This document shows, piece after piece, positions 37,433 to 47,009 of a stretch of 64,000 nucleotides of DNA. The position numbers and the translations under genes were made by a program. The stretch is from an uncultured Arcobacter sp. (lineage in GTDB: Bacteria > Campylobacterota > Campylobacteria > Campylobacterales > Arcobacteraceae). The notes beneath the pieces were generated by a model, which was not told the DNA's origin, ran no database searches, and saw only the letters and a program-made list of their open reading frames with translations. Numbering within the stretch: the stretch's first letter is position 1; each line of letters begins with the position of its first letter. Where the stretch lies: assembly GCA_965140705.1 (NCBI GenBank), contig OZ223300.1:768001-832000 (forward strand), written 5' to 3'.

Positions 37433-39249
37433 TATGAAATCTTATCTATTCTAAATGTATATGTAATAAATTTTTTAAAATCAATTACAATTTTAAAACT
37501 ATCTTTTAATAAATCCCTTTCTATTTTTCCCAAAGAATGAGTATCTATTTCATTATTTATTTTTTTATTTTCTTGAAGTTTTAAAAGTTGTGATTTTAAT
37601 CTTAAGGTACAAAGTACATCAAATGCTTCTAATAATTCATTTGCCATACTTGGTTCTAAAACTTTTTTTCTCTCTAAAATTTTGATTCTTTTTACTGTTG
37701 TTGTTTCTCTAATTCTTTCTCTTAGTGCAAGGCTTCTTACTCCTTGAACAATAGGAAAAATCCCAGTTTTCTTTATATCAATGTAGTGAGTTTTTGTCAT
37801 AAAATTTGCAATAATATTTGGTGTATCAAAGGCTAGAGTTGCTTTTGCGAAGTATGCCATAAAGACATCTTTGTCATGTAGTTTATTAAATAAATCATCT
37901 TTTAATTTAATTAATAACTCTTTATCTCCTGCAACTGCAAAAGAGTCAAAAAATATTGCCAAATCCATATAGTTTTGCATATCAGGTGCTTCAATCCATT
38001 TTTTTGTTTCATCTGTATACTCTTGAAAACTTTTACACCAAAATGGGTTAGAAACCATTATATTACCTTCACAAGGTGGATAACCAAAATCTATTAATGT
38101 TTTTGTTATCTCTTCCATATATGGTCTATACTGTTCAACATCAACTCCGTCTTTTATAATCAAAGCATTGTCTTGATCAGTTTTTATTATTTGTTCGTTT
38201 CTTCCTTCACTACCCATAACAACCAAACAAGCATTGTTTAGTAGCTCTTTTGGCATGATTAAACCATATAACTTTTTATAAACTTTTGTATTTAATTGAC
38301 CAATTAAATTTGATATATGATTTACTTTTACACCTTTTGCATTTAAAATTGTAATTGTATTGATTAATTCAATACTTGCTTGTTTTAAATCTTTTATATT
38401 TGAGGCTTTTTTTATTTTTGAATCTACCACATAAGTATGGTTTGCAAAGTGTGATAAAACATCAATTTGTTCTAAAATTCCTAGCATATTTCCACTATTA
38501 TCTATAACCCCGACTCTTTTTATATTTTTCTTTATTAGTATTGAAAAAGCATCAAATAAATAGTCATCTTTATTTACAGTCAAAAGTGGGAAAATCGCAA
38601 TATCATCCACTGGAATAGTTAATGTTCGTCCCTCTAATAGAACTTTCATTTTTAATAATGAGTCTGTTATAATCCCATACTTTCCATCTTTTTCAACAAT
38701 GATAGTTGAAGTGTTAAATTTAATAGAACTTTCAATGGCATCAATTAGTTTTGTTCCACTTTGTACAATACAAGGTTCATGGGTAACTGTATCAGATACT
38801 TTTGCAATCATAAAAGATGATAGCTCTGAAGTATATTTTTTCTCTTTTAAATTTTGTAATTTACTTACTAAATTATTTAAGAAAAATTCTTTGAATTTAT
38901 CATTATTTTCAATTAGAGTAAGAAAAGTTTTTTTTTCTAATTCATAACAAATTAAATCCTCTTTTACTATAAAACTATTTTTACATTCACCATAAATTAA
39001 TGAATTTGCATCAAATGAATCTTCTTGATGAAAATCCATGACCAATTGTTCTTCACTTGTAATTTCATGAACAGTACCTTTTATAATAATAAAAAAGTGA
39101 GTTGAATTTTTTTCAGGACTTAATATAGTCGTATCTTTTGGATAATAGGCAATATCCATATTTTTAATACAAAGATTCATTTCTTCTTCATTTAAAACTT
39201 CAAAGGGATGTATATTTGATAGGAAAGATTCTTGGTCTCTTAAACTCAT
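37432..39249 (-). CDS. cNMP-binding + CBS pair + DUF294 nucleotidyltransferase-like protein
   Basis: IHPF N-terminus, GIITD (CBS), MGSEGRNEQ..TDQDN, C.GNIMVSNP.W. Confidence 0.9.
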   Translation of the reverse strand: MSLRDQESFLSNIHPFEVLNEEEMNLCIKNMDIAYYPKDTTILSPEKNSTHFFIIIKGTVHEITSEEQLVMDFHQEDSFDANSLIYGECKNSFIVKEDLICYELEKKTFLTLIENNDKFKEFFLNNLVSKLQNLKEKKYTSELSSFMIAKVSDTVTHEPCIVQSGTKLIDAIESSIKFNTSTIIVEKDGKYGIITDSLLKMKVLLEGRTLTIPVDDIAIFPLLTVNKDDYLFDAFSILIKKNIKRVGVIDNSGNMLGILEQIDVLSHFANHTYVVDSKIKKASNIKDLKQASIELINTITILNAKGVKVNHISNLIGQLNTKVYKKLYGLIMPKELLNNACLVVMGSEGRNEQIIKTDQDNALIIKDGVDVEQYRPYMEEITKTLIDFGYPPCEGNIMVSNPFWCKSFQEYTDETKKWIEAPDMQNYMDLAIFFDSFAVAGDKELLIKLKDDLFNKLHDKDVFMAYFAKATLAFDTPNIIANFMTKTHYIDIKKTGIFPIVQGVRSLALRERIRETTTVKRIKILERKKVLEPSMANELLEAFDVLCTLRLKSQLLKLQENKKINNEIDTHSLGKIERDLLKDSFKIVIDFKKFITYTFRIDKIS

Positions 39250-39324
39250 TTAAAACCTTTTTTAAAGTATTGTACTCTCTTATTTATACTCTTTTAATAA
39301 ATAAAGTAGAAATAAAAAAGTAAA

Positions 39325-39354
39325 AAAAAAGTATACCCGAAGGTATACTTTTTA
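39325..39354 (-). terminator. Intrinsic terminator after the symporter gene
   Basis: AAAAAAGTATACC-CGAA-GGTATACTTTTT. Confidence 0.8.
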
Positions 39355-39370
39355 GTAACAAATTGTAAGA

Positions 39371-41224
39371 CTAGTGATCTAAAGCTTCACCAGCACCTGA
39401 AGGAATTCTAATTCTTTCAACAAGATCTTGAATCTCTTGTGGTGGTGGAGGAGTCATTCTAGACACAATCAATGCAACAATTAAGTGTAAGATTGTTCCT
39501 ATTGTTCCAATACCAGTTGGAGCAATTCCGAATAGATAATTAGCTTTGTCCCCGCCCATGAATACAAAGTAAATAATATATCCGAATGTGAAAATTAAAC
39601 CAGTTAAAATACCAGCAATCGCACCTTCTTTATTCATTCTCTTATCAAATACCCCAAGGATAATTGTAGGGAAGAATGCAGCAGCAGCAAGTCCAAATGC
39701 AAATGCAACAACTTGTGCAACAAATCCTGGAGGGTGAATTCCTAAGTAACCAGCAATACAAATTGCAACTACTGCAGAGATTCTAGCCCACATTAACTCA
39801 GTTTTTTCGTTTAATGTAGATTTACCAGTTTCTGAATCTTTGAAAATAACTTGTCCCATTAAGTCATGAGAAATTGCAGAAGCAATTACAAGTAATAACC
39901 CAGCAGCAGTTGATAATGCAGCAGCAAGACCCCCAGCAGCGATGAATGCAATTACCCAGTTAGGTAAGTTAGCAATTTCAGGATTCGCAAGTACCATGAT
40001 ATCTCTATCAACGTATAACTCATTTTCTATTTTCCCACTGTTTGCAGCAGGTACAGCATTTGTAGTTAATCTTTCACCATATTCTCCAGTTTTAGTACCA
40101 TCGAATTGTGGTTTACCTTTAAATGCAGCATCAGGAGCATATTGAATTTTACCATCACCATTTCTATCAGTCCATGCTAACAATCCACCATGTTCCCAAG
40201 TTTTAAACCATTTACCATTGTTACCTTCAATTTCACCATTAACAAATGCTTTATATTCAACATTTTGAACATTTTTGATTAAGTTAACTCTTGAAAATGC
40301 AGCAACAGATGAAATAGTTGTATACATAATTGCAATAAATACTAATGCCCAACCAGCAGATACTCTAGCATCTTTAACAGTTGGAACTGTAAAGAATCTA
40401 ACAATAACATGTGGTAACCCAGCTGTACCAAGCATTAATGCAGTTGTTAACATAAATGTATTCCATAAGTTACCTGGTTGAGTATAAGCTTTAAAGCCTA
40501 AATCAGTAACGGCGGTATCTAAGGCATGCAGTAAATATGTACCTTCTGGAATAACTCTAACACCATCATCAAATGCAAATGTAGTAGTATTAAAAATACC
40601 TAATTGTGGTAAAAATGTATCAGTAACTTGTAGTGATAAGAAAATTGCAGGAATCATATATGCAAAAATCATAACAACATATTGAGCAACTTGTGTATAA
40701 GTGATACCTTTCATACCCCCAAGAACAGAATAGAAGAATACAATACCCATACCAATAAGCACCCCAGTATTAACATCAACTTGTAAGAATCTTGAGAAAA
40801 CGATACCAACCCCTCTCATTTGTCCAGCAACATATGTGAACGAAACGAAAATAACACCAATAACAGCAACTAATCTTGCTGTGTCTGAATAATATCTGTC
40901 ACCAACGAAGTCAGGAACAGTAAATTTACCAAATTTTCTTAAATATGGAGCAAGTAACATAGCAAGTAGAACATATCCCCCTGTCCAACCCATTAAGTAC
41001 GCACTTCCATCAGAACCTTTAAAAGATATGATACCTGCAAGTGAGATAAAAGATGCCGCTGACATCCAATCTGCTGCCGTTGCCATACCATTTGCAACTG
41101 GATGAACCCCCCCACCAGCTACATAGAAATCTTTTGTAGAACCAGCTTTTGCCCAAAGAGCAATACCAATATAAATTGCGAATGAGATACCTACGAATAG
41201 ATAAATTAATGATTGTAATTCCAT
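39371..41224 (-). CDS. Sodium:solute symporter, ActP-like (acetate/monocarboxylate)
   Basis: FYVAGGG, ADWMSAASF, GTAGLPHV..RFFTV, AAALSTAAG. Confidence 0.92.
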   Translation of the reverse strand: MELQSLIYLFVGISFAIYIGIALWAKAGSTKDFYVAGGGVHPVANGMATAADWMSAASFISLAGIISFKGSDGSAYLMGWTGGYVLLAMLLAPYLRKFGKFTVPDFVGDRYYSDTARLVAVIGVIFVSFTYVAGQMRGVGIVFSRFLQVDVNTGVLIGMGIVFFYSVLGGMKGITYTQVAQYVVMIFAYMIPAIFLSLQVTDTFLPQLGIFNTTTFAFDDGVRVIPEGTYLLHALDTAVTDLGFKAYTQPGNLWNTFMLTTALMLGTAGLPHVIVRFFTVPTVKDARVSAGWALVFIAIMYTTISSVAAFSRVNLIKNVQNVEYKAFVNGEIEGNNGKWFKTWEHGGLLAWTDRNGDGKIQYAPDAAFKGKPQFDGTKTGEYGERLTTNAVPAANSGKIENELYVDRDIMVLANPEIANLPNWVIAFIAAGGLAAALSTAAGLLLVIASAISHDLMGQVIFKDSETGKSTLNEKTELMWARISAVVAICIAGYLGIHPPGFVAQVVAFAFGLAAAAFFPTIILGVFDKRMNKEGAIAGILTGLIFTFGYIIYFVFMGGDKANYLFGIAPTGIGTIGTILHLIVALIVSRMTPPPPQEIQDLVERIRIPSGAGEALDH

Positions 41225-41236
41225 ACTCTATTTCTC

Positions 41237-41491
41237 CTATTCGTGAACGCCATATTTTTCGTCAATGTTACTCATTAATTTAACATAAACAAAAATAAGA
41301 ACAACAAACACATATATTGCACCTTGTTGTGCAAACCAAAATCCAAGTTTAACACCACTGATTTCTATAGCATTTAATTCATTAATGAATATAATACCAC
41401 ATCCGTAAGAAACAACAAACCAAACTATAAGAAGTTTAAAGATTGTTGAAATATTCTCTTTCCAATAAGCCTGAGCTTTTTCTGGACTCAT
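41237..41491 (-). CDS. DUF4212 small symporter partner subunit
   Basis: AYWKEN, LGFWFAQQG; ATG 41491 follows AAGGAG. Confidence 0.88.
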   Translation of the reverse strand: MSPEKAQAYWKENISTIFKLLIVWFVVSYGCGIIFINELNAIEISGVKLGFWFAQQGAIYVFVVLIFVYVKLMSNIDEKYGVHE

Positions 41492-41666
41492 AGGTTCTCC
41501 TTTTTTGAATTTATTAAAAGAAAAGTTTTCTCTTTTAATAATTAACAATGTAATTGTAATAAGGCTAAATAGCAAAAAGGTAGCAATTGAATTATTTTTT
41601 GAATGAATTTTGAAATTTATGTAGTTTTTATGTAAATAAAAGAATAAAGTACCATATTATAGTACT

Positions 41667-42329
41667 TTATGAAGAATAGTATCTTTCTACTTTATATCCA
41701 AGTCCTCTAATATTTTTTATAAAGTCTTCTTTTAATGTTTTTTTTAATCTTGAAATTTCTGCTCTAATTGTAGGATTGTCAATATCTTCTGCATCCCAAA
41801 CATCAACTCTAAATCTTTCGAAATCTACAATCATATTTATATTGAGTGCAAGTATATGAATTATTTCTAATTGTTTTTTAGTTAAGCTTTGTGCTTCATT
41901 ATTAAAATATAAAATTTTATCAGTTTTAGAATATGAATAGTTCTCAGAAAATTTTATATGTGAAGTAGTCTGTTTGTCTTTTTTTAATATTTGATTGATT
42001 TTAATACCAAGTTCTTCTAAGTGAAAAGGTTTTTTTATATACTCTCTACAACCTAAATTATATGCCTTTGTAATATCTTCTATATCTATAAGTGCTGTAA
42101 TAAATATTGTAGGTATAAATGTATTTTGTTTATTTAAAGTATCTAAAATATCAAAGCCATTTACTGTTGGAACATTTACATCTAAGATTAATAAATCATA
42201 AGATGTATCTACATTATCTAAGACATCTTGCCCATCTGTAAAACTAGTGACTCTATGTCCAATATTAGATAAGTATTCACTTATGGCATTGTTTAACATC
42301 ATTTCATCTTCAAGAAGTAATATTTTCAT
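41667..42329 (-). CDS. OmpR-family response regulator
   Basis: MKILLLED, ILDVNVP, KKPF, NIRGLGY; start moved to ATG 42329. Confidence 0.92.
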   Translation of the reverse strand: MKILLLEDEMMLNNAISEYLSNIGHRVTSFTDGQDVLDNVDTSYDLLILDVNVPTVNGFDILDTLNKQNTFIPTIFITALIDIEDITKAYNLGCREYIKKPFHLEELGIKINQILKKDKQTTSHIKFSENYSYSKTDKILYFNNEAQSLTKKQLEIIHILALNINMIVDFERFRVDVWDAEDIDNPTIRAEISRLKKTLKEDFIKNIRGLGYKVERYYSS

Positions 42330-43890
42330 TTGTTGTAAACCTATATGTAAATTTTGTATTCTCATTTGTTGAATCTAAGTTAATTATAACCTTATTCTTA
42401 TCACAAATTTCTTTTACGATTCTAAGACCCAATCCAAAGCCACCTCTAGCATCATTTTCCCTATAAAAATCATCAAATATTTTTTTAGTATTTTCTATTT
42501 TTTTAGAAATTGTTTTAACTTCAAAAGTTATTCCTAAATCATCTTTTAATAATTTTACATAAATAGGGGAATCTTTAAAAGAGTATTTAATTGCATTAGA
42601 AATATTGTTATCTAAAATTCTTTGTAATAGAGTTTTATTAAAGCTTATGAAAATAGGATCTTGAATATTAGTAACAAAAAATAGTGAATTTGATGTACAA
42701 ATATCATCAAAAAAGTCTAATCTATCTTTTAAATATTCGGAGAAATTTAGAATCTCTTTTTCATAATTTACTCTATCTTTTTTAATCATAAAAGATAAAT
42801 CATCAAAAATGTATTGAATAGTTTTTGCTCCACTTTCTATATTTCTTATATATTTATTAGTAGGATTATTCATTTTATAAAGGTCTAGATTTGTCTGTAT
42901 AATAGACAAAGGAGTATTTATTTCATGTACAGAATTTTTGATGAATTTTTTTTGTTTTTCAACTAATTGGGTTAATTGTTTTGTCTGTTTCGTAACAGTT
43001 GTCTCTAAGTGAGTATTTAAATCACTTAACATGTTGTTTTTGCCTTTCATACTATGTATAACATCATAAGCATAATTAGCAATAACTTTAAATTCCCCAA
43101 ATATAATTTTATTTTGATTTATAGGATTATCATTATCTTGAGAGTCTTTAAAATATTTTCTTATAGCTTTTACATCATTTACAATAAGAATAGTTGCATT
43201 TTTATATATAAAAACAGAATATAATACTAACATTATGGTTAATGATAAAATCTGAAGAGTATAGTTAGAAATTTTTTCATCATATTCAAGTTGTTTTTGC
43301 GCAACAATCTTATCCAATTCATTCAAATATACACCTGTTCCTACTGTCCATTTCCACGGTTCATAGGACAAGGCATATGATATTTTTTTTACTTCTTTTT
43401 TCTCTTTGTGATTAATCCATAGATATTCAACATATCCACCTGCATTATCTTTTGATACATTGATTAATTCTTTTACTAATTTCTTACCAGTTTTATCTTT
43501 GTAATTTAGAAGATTTTTACCAACTAACTCTTTTGATGCTGGATTGTATATAGCATTTCCAGAATAATCGTATATGAATAAATAGTGTTCTTGTTTATTT
43601 TTATCCCTCATATTTTCAATTGCTTCTAAAATATCTTTTTGAATCTCTTTTTGTGACTTTACATCTTTATATTTTTTGTCATAAAAATCTATAAAATTAA
43701 TTACATTTTCTATTTCATTTTTTATTTTATATTTTTGTTTACTTGCATAGTCAGTTTTTATTATTTCTATCTTTTCTTGAAAGTCATCAAAAGCATTTTC
43801 TATTATTATAAAAGTAAAAAATGATATTAGAATAATTATAAAAATAATACTATAAAGAATTAAGTGATAAAGAGATTTTGCTTTAATCAT
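42310..43890 (-). CDS. Cache-domain sensor histidine kinase
   Basis: Two TM, YLFIYD..G, HEINTPL, NNISNAIKYS, GGFGLGL; start ATG 43890. Confidence 0.92.
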   Translation of the reverse strand: MIKAKSLYHLILYSIIFIIILISFFTFIIIENAFDDFQEKIEIIKTDYASKQKYKIKNEIENVINFIDFYDKKYKDVKSQKEIQKDILEAIENMRDKNKQEHYLFIYDYSGNAIYNPASKELVGKNLLNYKDKTGKKLVKELINVSKDNAGGYVEYLWINHKEKKEVKKISYALSYEPWKWTVGTGVYLNELDKIVAQKQLEYDEKISNYTLQILSLTIMLVLYSVFIYKNATILIVNDVKAIRKYFKDSQDNDNPINQNKIIFGEFKVIANYAYDVIHSMKGKNNMLSDLNTHLETTVTKQTKQLTQLVEKQKKFIKNSVHEINTPLSIIQTNLDLYKMNNPTNKYIRNIESGAKTIQYIFDDLSFMIKKDRVNYEKEILNFSEYLKDRLDFFDDICTSNSLFFVTNIQDPIFISFNKTLLQRILDNNISNAIKYSFKDSPIYVKLLKDDLGITFEVKTISKKIENTKKIFDDFYRENDARGGFGLGLRIVKEICDKNKVIINLDSTNENTKFTYRFTTNENITS

Positions 43891-43963
43891 ATTTTGTCCT
43901 GTTTTAAATAAAAGAGGATAGCAAATTTTAGATGATAAAGTGATTATGTGAGATTTTAAATAG

Positions 43964-44040
43964 TGGCGCGGCTGAAGGGACTCGAACCCTCGGCCTCCTG
44001 CGTGACAGGCAGGCGTTCTAACCAACTAAACTACAGCCGC
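43964..44040 (-). tRNA. tRNA-Asp(GTC)
   Basis: Cloverleaf, CCTGC-CTGTCAC-GCAGG anticodon arm, encoded CCA. Confidence 0.95.
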
Positions 44041-44055
44041 ACTATTATTTAAAAA

Positions 44056-44131
44056 TGGTGGTCGATATAAGACTCGAACTTATGACATCTACCTTGTAAG
44101 GGTAGCGCTCTACCAACTGAGCTAATCGACC
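44056..44131 (-). tRNA. tRNA-Val(TAC)
   Basis: CTACC-CTTACAA-GGTAG arm, CCA end. Confidence 0.95.
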
Positions 44132-44134
44132 GAT

Positions 44135-44209
44135 TGGTGACCCCTAGGAGACTCGAACTCCTGTGATTGGAATGAAAATCCAAGATCCTAACCGCTAGAT
44201 GAAGGGGCC
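44135..44209 (-). tRNA. tRNA-Glu(TTC)
   Basis: TTGGA-TTTTCAT-TCCAA arm, CCA end. Confidence 0.93.
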
Positions 44210-44241
44210 AATCGAAATATTTGAAAATTTACTTTTAAAAG

Positions 44242-44317
44242 TGGTGACCCGTAATGGATTCGAACCATTGGCCCCCTCATTAAAAGTGAGATGCTCTACC
44301 AACTGAGCTAACGGGTC
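44242..44317 (-). tRNA. tRNA-Lys(TTT)
   Basis: CTCA-CTTTTAA-TGAG arm, CCA end. Confidence 0.95.
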
Positions 44318-44326
44318 ATAAAAAAG

Positions 44327-44403
44327 TGGCGCGGCTGAAGGGACTCGAACCCTCGGCCTCCTGCGTGACAGGCAGGCGTTCTAACCAACTAAACTACAGC
44401 CGC
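44327..44403 (-). tRNA. tRNA-Asp(GTC), second copy
   Basis: Same sequence as 43964-44040. Confidence 0.95.
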
Positions 44404-44428
44404 ACAAATTTATTATAACACTTAAAAA

Positions 44429-44504
44429 TGGTGGTCGATATAAGACTCGAACTTATGACATCTACCTTGTAAGGGTAGCGCTCTACCAACTGAGCTAATC
44501 GACC
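44429..44504 (-). tRNA. tRNA-Val(TAC), second copy
   Basis: Same sequence as 44056-44131. Confidence 0.95.
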
Positions 44505-44507
44505 GAT

Positions 44508-44582
44508 TGGTGACCCCTAGGAGACTCGAACTCCTGTGATTGGAATGAAAATCCAAGATCCTAACCGCTAGATGAAGGGGCC
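44508..44582 (-). tRNA. tRNA-Glu(TTC), second copy
   Basis: Same sequence as 44135-44209. Confidence 0.93.
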
Positions 44583-44636
44583 AATCGAAATAATTTATAT
44601 TAAAAAAATCAATATAAAAATAAACATTTTAATTAA

Positions 44637-44712
44637 TGGTGACCCGTAATGGATTCGAACCATTGGCCCCCTCATTAAAAGTGAGATGCTCTACCAACTG
44701 AGCTAACGGGTC
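44637..44712 (-). tRNA. tRNA-Lys(TTT), second copy
   Basis: Same sequence as 44242-44317. Confidence 0.95.
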
Positions 44713-44734
44713 GTCTTAATTAAAATGGAGTGGA

Positions 44735-44763
44735 ATTATAAGAAAAAATTTTTTATTTGTCAA
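44735..44763 (-). promoter_or_regulatory. Consensus sigma70 promoter of the tRNA operon
   Basis: TTGACA (44763-44758), 17-nt spacer, TATAAT (44740-44735); -35 overlaps the end of the CinA-like gene. Confidence 0.85.
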
Positions 44764-45259
44764 GGGTTTTTTGCAAAAATTTTGAAATTTTAAATAATGA
44801 ACTTTTTGCAGCTTGAAATTGTACTTCTTCTCTATTACCAAAAAATTGAAATATATCTATTTCTTGATAACCATCATCTCCCATTATTCCGATGATTACA
44901 TGACCTACAGGCTTGGTTTTTGTACCACCATTTGGTCCTGCAACTCCTGAGATGGCAATTGCATAATTTGCATCAAATTTTTTTATTACTCCACTTAACA
45001 TTTCCTTAACTGTTTCTTTGGAAACTGCTCCAAATTTTTCTAAGGTTTCATTTGATACATTTAGCTCTTGATTTTTTATTTTATTTGAATATGAAACTAT
45101 ACTTCCATTAAAGATATTTGAAGAACCAGATATCTTTGTTATCAATGAAGCAACTAAACCTCCTGTACAAGATTCAGCACAAGTAATGCTTTTATTATGT
45201 TTAAACAATAAGTTTTGCATATCAATCATATCTTGTTCATTAAATATCTCGTTAAACAT
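44753..45259 (-). CDS. CinA C-terminal/PncC family NMN deamidase
   Basis: AESCTGG, SGSS, YSN, GAVS, SGVAGP.GG. Confidence 0.92.
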   Translation of the reverse strand: MFNEIFNEQDMIDMQNLLFKHNKSITCAESCTGGLVASLITKISGSSNIFNGSIVSYSNKIKNQELNVSNETLEKFGAVSKETVKEMLSGVIKKFDANYAIAISGVAGPNGGTKTKPVGHVIIGIMGDDGYQEIDIFQFFGNREEVQFQAAKSSLFKISKFLQKTLDK

Positions 45260-45278
45260 GTTATTCCTTTAATATAAA

Positions 45279-45308
45279 AAAAGGGTATGAGAAGCCTCAT
45301 ACCCTTTT
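45279..45308 (-). terminator. Intrinsic terminator after mqo
   Basis: AAAAGGGTATGAG-AAGC-CTCATACCCTTTT. Confidence 0.85.
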
Positions 45309-45327
45309 AAATAGTTATAAAACAATA

Positions 45328-46680
45328 TTATTCAGTTAAATCTGCTAAAAATTGTTTTTCATCAAATTCTAGGCCTAAATAATCAACAATATATCTTATG
45401 TCTCTTTCAGCATTTCCTAAACATGAAGTTGCCCCTGGGCTTGGAGTCATATTAAAAATAATTCCATTACCTGGGTTTATTGATGCTTCACCTAACATAA
45501 GTTTTTTTTCTGTTTTATTTAAAACCTGAGGTCTAACTCCTCCAAATCCTTTTGCATACTCTAAATCATCTTTAGTTAGTGAAGGAACAATTTTTCTTGC
45601 ATCTTTTACAAAAAGACCTTTATTTATTCCTGGTACTTCAAATAAGAAGTTTTTAAATACATAGTTTCTAATTTCACTATCTTTAACTAAATCCCACATG
45701 ATTTTCATAATGCTTCCATCGAAATTCATAGTTTTTATGCATTGGAAGAATGATTTTAAACCTTTATATCTTTCAAGTACTAATAATGCAAGTGCTGTTG
45801 GTCCAAATCTAGTCTTACCATCACATAAAATATCAGGGTCACCATGAAGTGCAGCAAATGGTAATTTTGGATTTTGCACCATATAAACTTTTCCATTTAA
45901 GAATTTATCATTTGTAAGATAAAAACTTCCCGCCATTGATAAAGAACCCATATCTTGTCCATATCCCATTTTATGAGCTAAGAATAAAGAATGTGCTCCT
46001 GCATTAACTACAACGAAGTCTGCTGTATAAACCGAACCACCTATTGTACTAACTTTAAATTTATCACCTATTTTTTCAATAAATTCAACTTCAGAGTTAT
46101 AATATATGTCAGTAATTTTTTCTGGATCAGCTTTTTGCCCAGCTTTTGCTAATTCTTCTGTCATTAAGCCATATTCAACAGTTGTATATTGATCACTAGC
46201 ACCCATAGCAATAATTGGTTCTGGTCTTTCTACTTTTCTCTCTTTATCAGCATAAACTAATAGAGGTTCTAGTTCTTTTAATTTTTCCTTATCCCATAAT
46301 TCTAAATATGGGAAAACTTCTTTAAATTCGTTATATCTATTTTTAATAAATTCAACTTCTTTTTCTCCAACACCTAAAGCCATCTTTTGATGTTTGAACA
46401 TAACTTTATCTTGTAAATTATATTGAAGACAAAATTTTTCAATCATCTTTGCAGTTCTTTTTGTGATTTTTGCTTTGTCTAATGTATAATTTGTTTCTAT
46501 GTCACCCACATGAATTGTTTGTGAGTTACTTGTACCTTTTGAGTTTAAAGTTGCCAAACTTTCATATTTCTCAAGCATACAGATGCTTTTAATATTTGTA
46601 TATTTCGCAAATTCATAGAATGTCGCAGCACCCGAAATTCCACCACCTACAACTAAAATGTCATAATGTTTATTACTCAT
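45328..46680 (-). CDS. mqo: Malate:quinone oxidoreductase (Campylobacter/Helicobacter type)
   Basis: GGGISG FAD motif, NSQTIHVGDIETNY, LPFAALHGDPD, TPSPGATSCL. Confidence 0.85.
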   Translation of the reverse strand: MSNKHYDILVVGGGISGAATFYEFAKYTNIKSICMLEKYESLATLNSKGTSNSQTIHVGDIETNYTLDKAKITKRTAKMIEKFCLQYNLQDKVMFKHQKMALGVGEKEVEFIKNRYNEFKEVFPYLELWDKEKLKELEPLLVYADKERKVERPEPIIAMGASDQYTTVEYGLMTEELAKAGQKADPEKITDIYYNSEVEFIEKIGDKFKVSTIGGSVYTADFVVVNAGAHSLFLAHKMGYGQDMGSLSMAGSFYLTNDKFLNGKVYMVQNPKLPFAALHGDPDILCDGKTRFGPTALALLVLERYKGLKSFFQCIKTMNFDGSIMKIMWDLVKDSEIRNYVFKNFLFEVPGINKGLFVKDARKIVPSLTKDDLEYAKGFGGVRPQVLNKTEKKLMLGEASINPGNGIIFNMTPSPGATSCLGNAERDIRYIVDYLGLEFDEKQFLADLTE

Positions 46681-47009
46681 TGTTCAAATTCCTAAAATAA
46701 AATATAGCAAAATAATAGCATATATAATAAAAATTAATCTGAAATTTAGTATAAATTTATTGTCAAGTACAAAAATATTCTATTTAGTAACATTATATAG
46801 ATTACTTTTATGTTGTAGTTGTGTACATTAGAAACATCATATGCTACATTTTGTATAAAATATGAACATATAAGTACAATAATTGTACATTTTAATTTTT
46901 ATCTAATACTTTAAAAATGTATTATTTATTTAGTTTTTTTCATGATAACTTTATATTAAATTATCTTTGGATATAATCACCCAATTTTAAGAATAAGGTA
47001 ATTATAAAA

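Noticed and set aside
41492..42365. Longer ORF-track starts for the DUF4212 gene (41575) and the response regulator (42365)
   Set aside because: Downstream ATGs match the family N-termini (41491 also has a clear RBS); the extensions look non-coding or overlap the kinase gene
43891..44025. 45-aa N-terminal extension of the histidine kinase in the ORF track
   Set aside because: It is read through tRNA-Asp; ATG 43890 with an upstream AGGA is the plausible start
43900..44760. tRNA cluster as an integration site for an island or prophage
   Set aside because: No integrase, and no partial tRNA 3' duplicate seen elsewhere in the window
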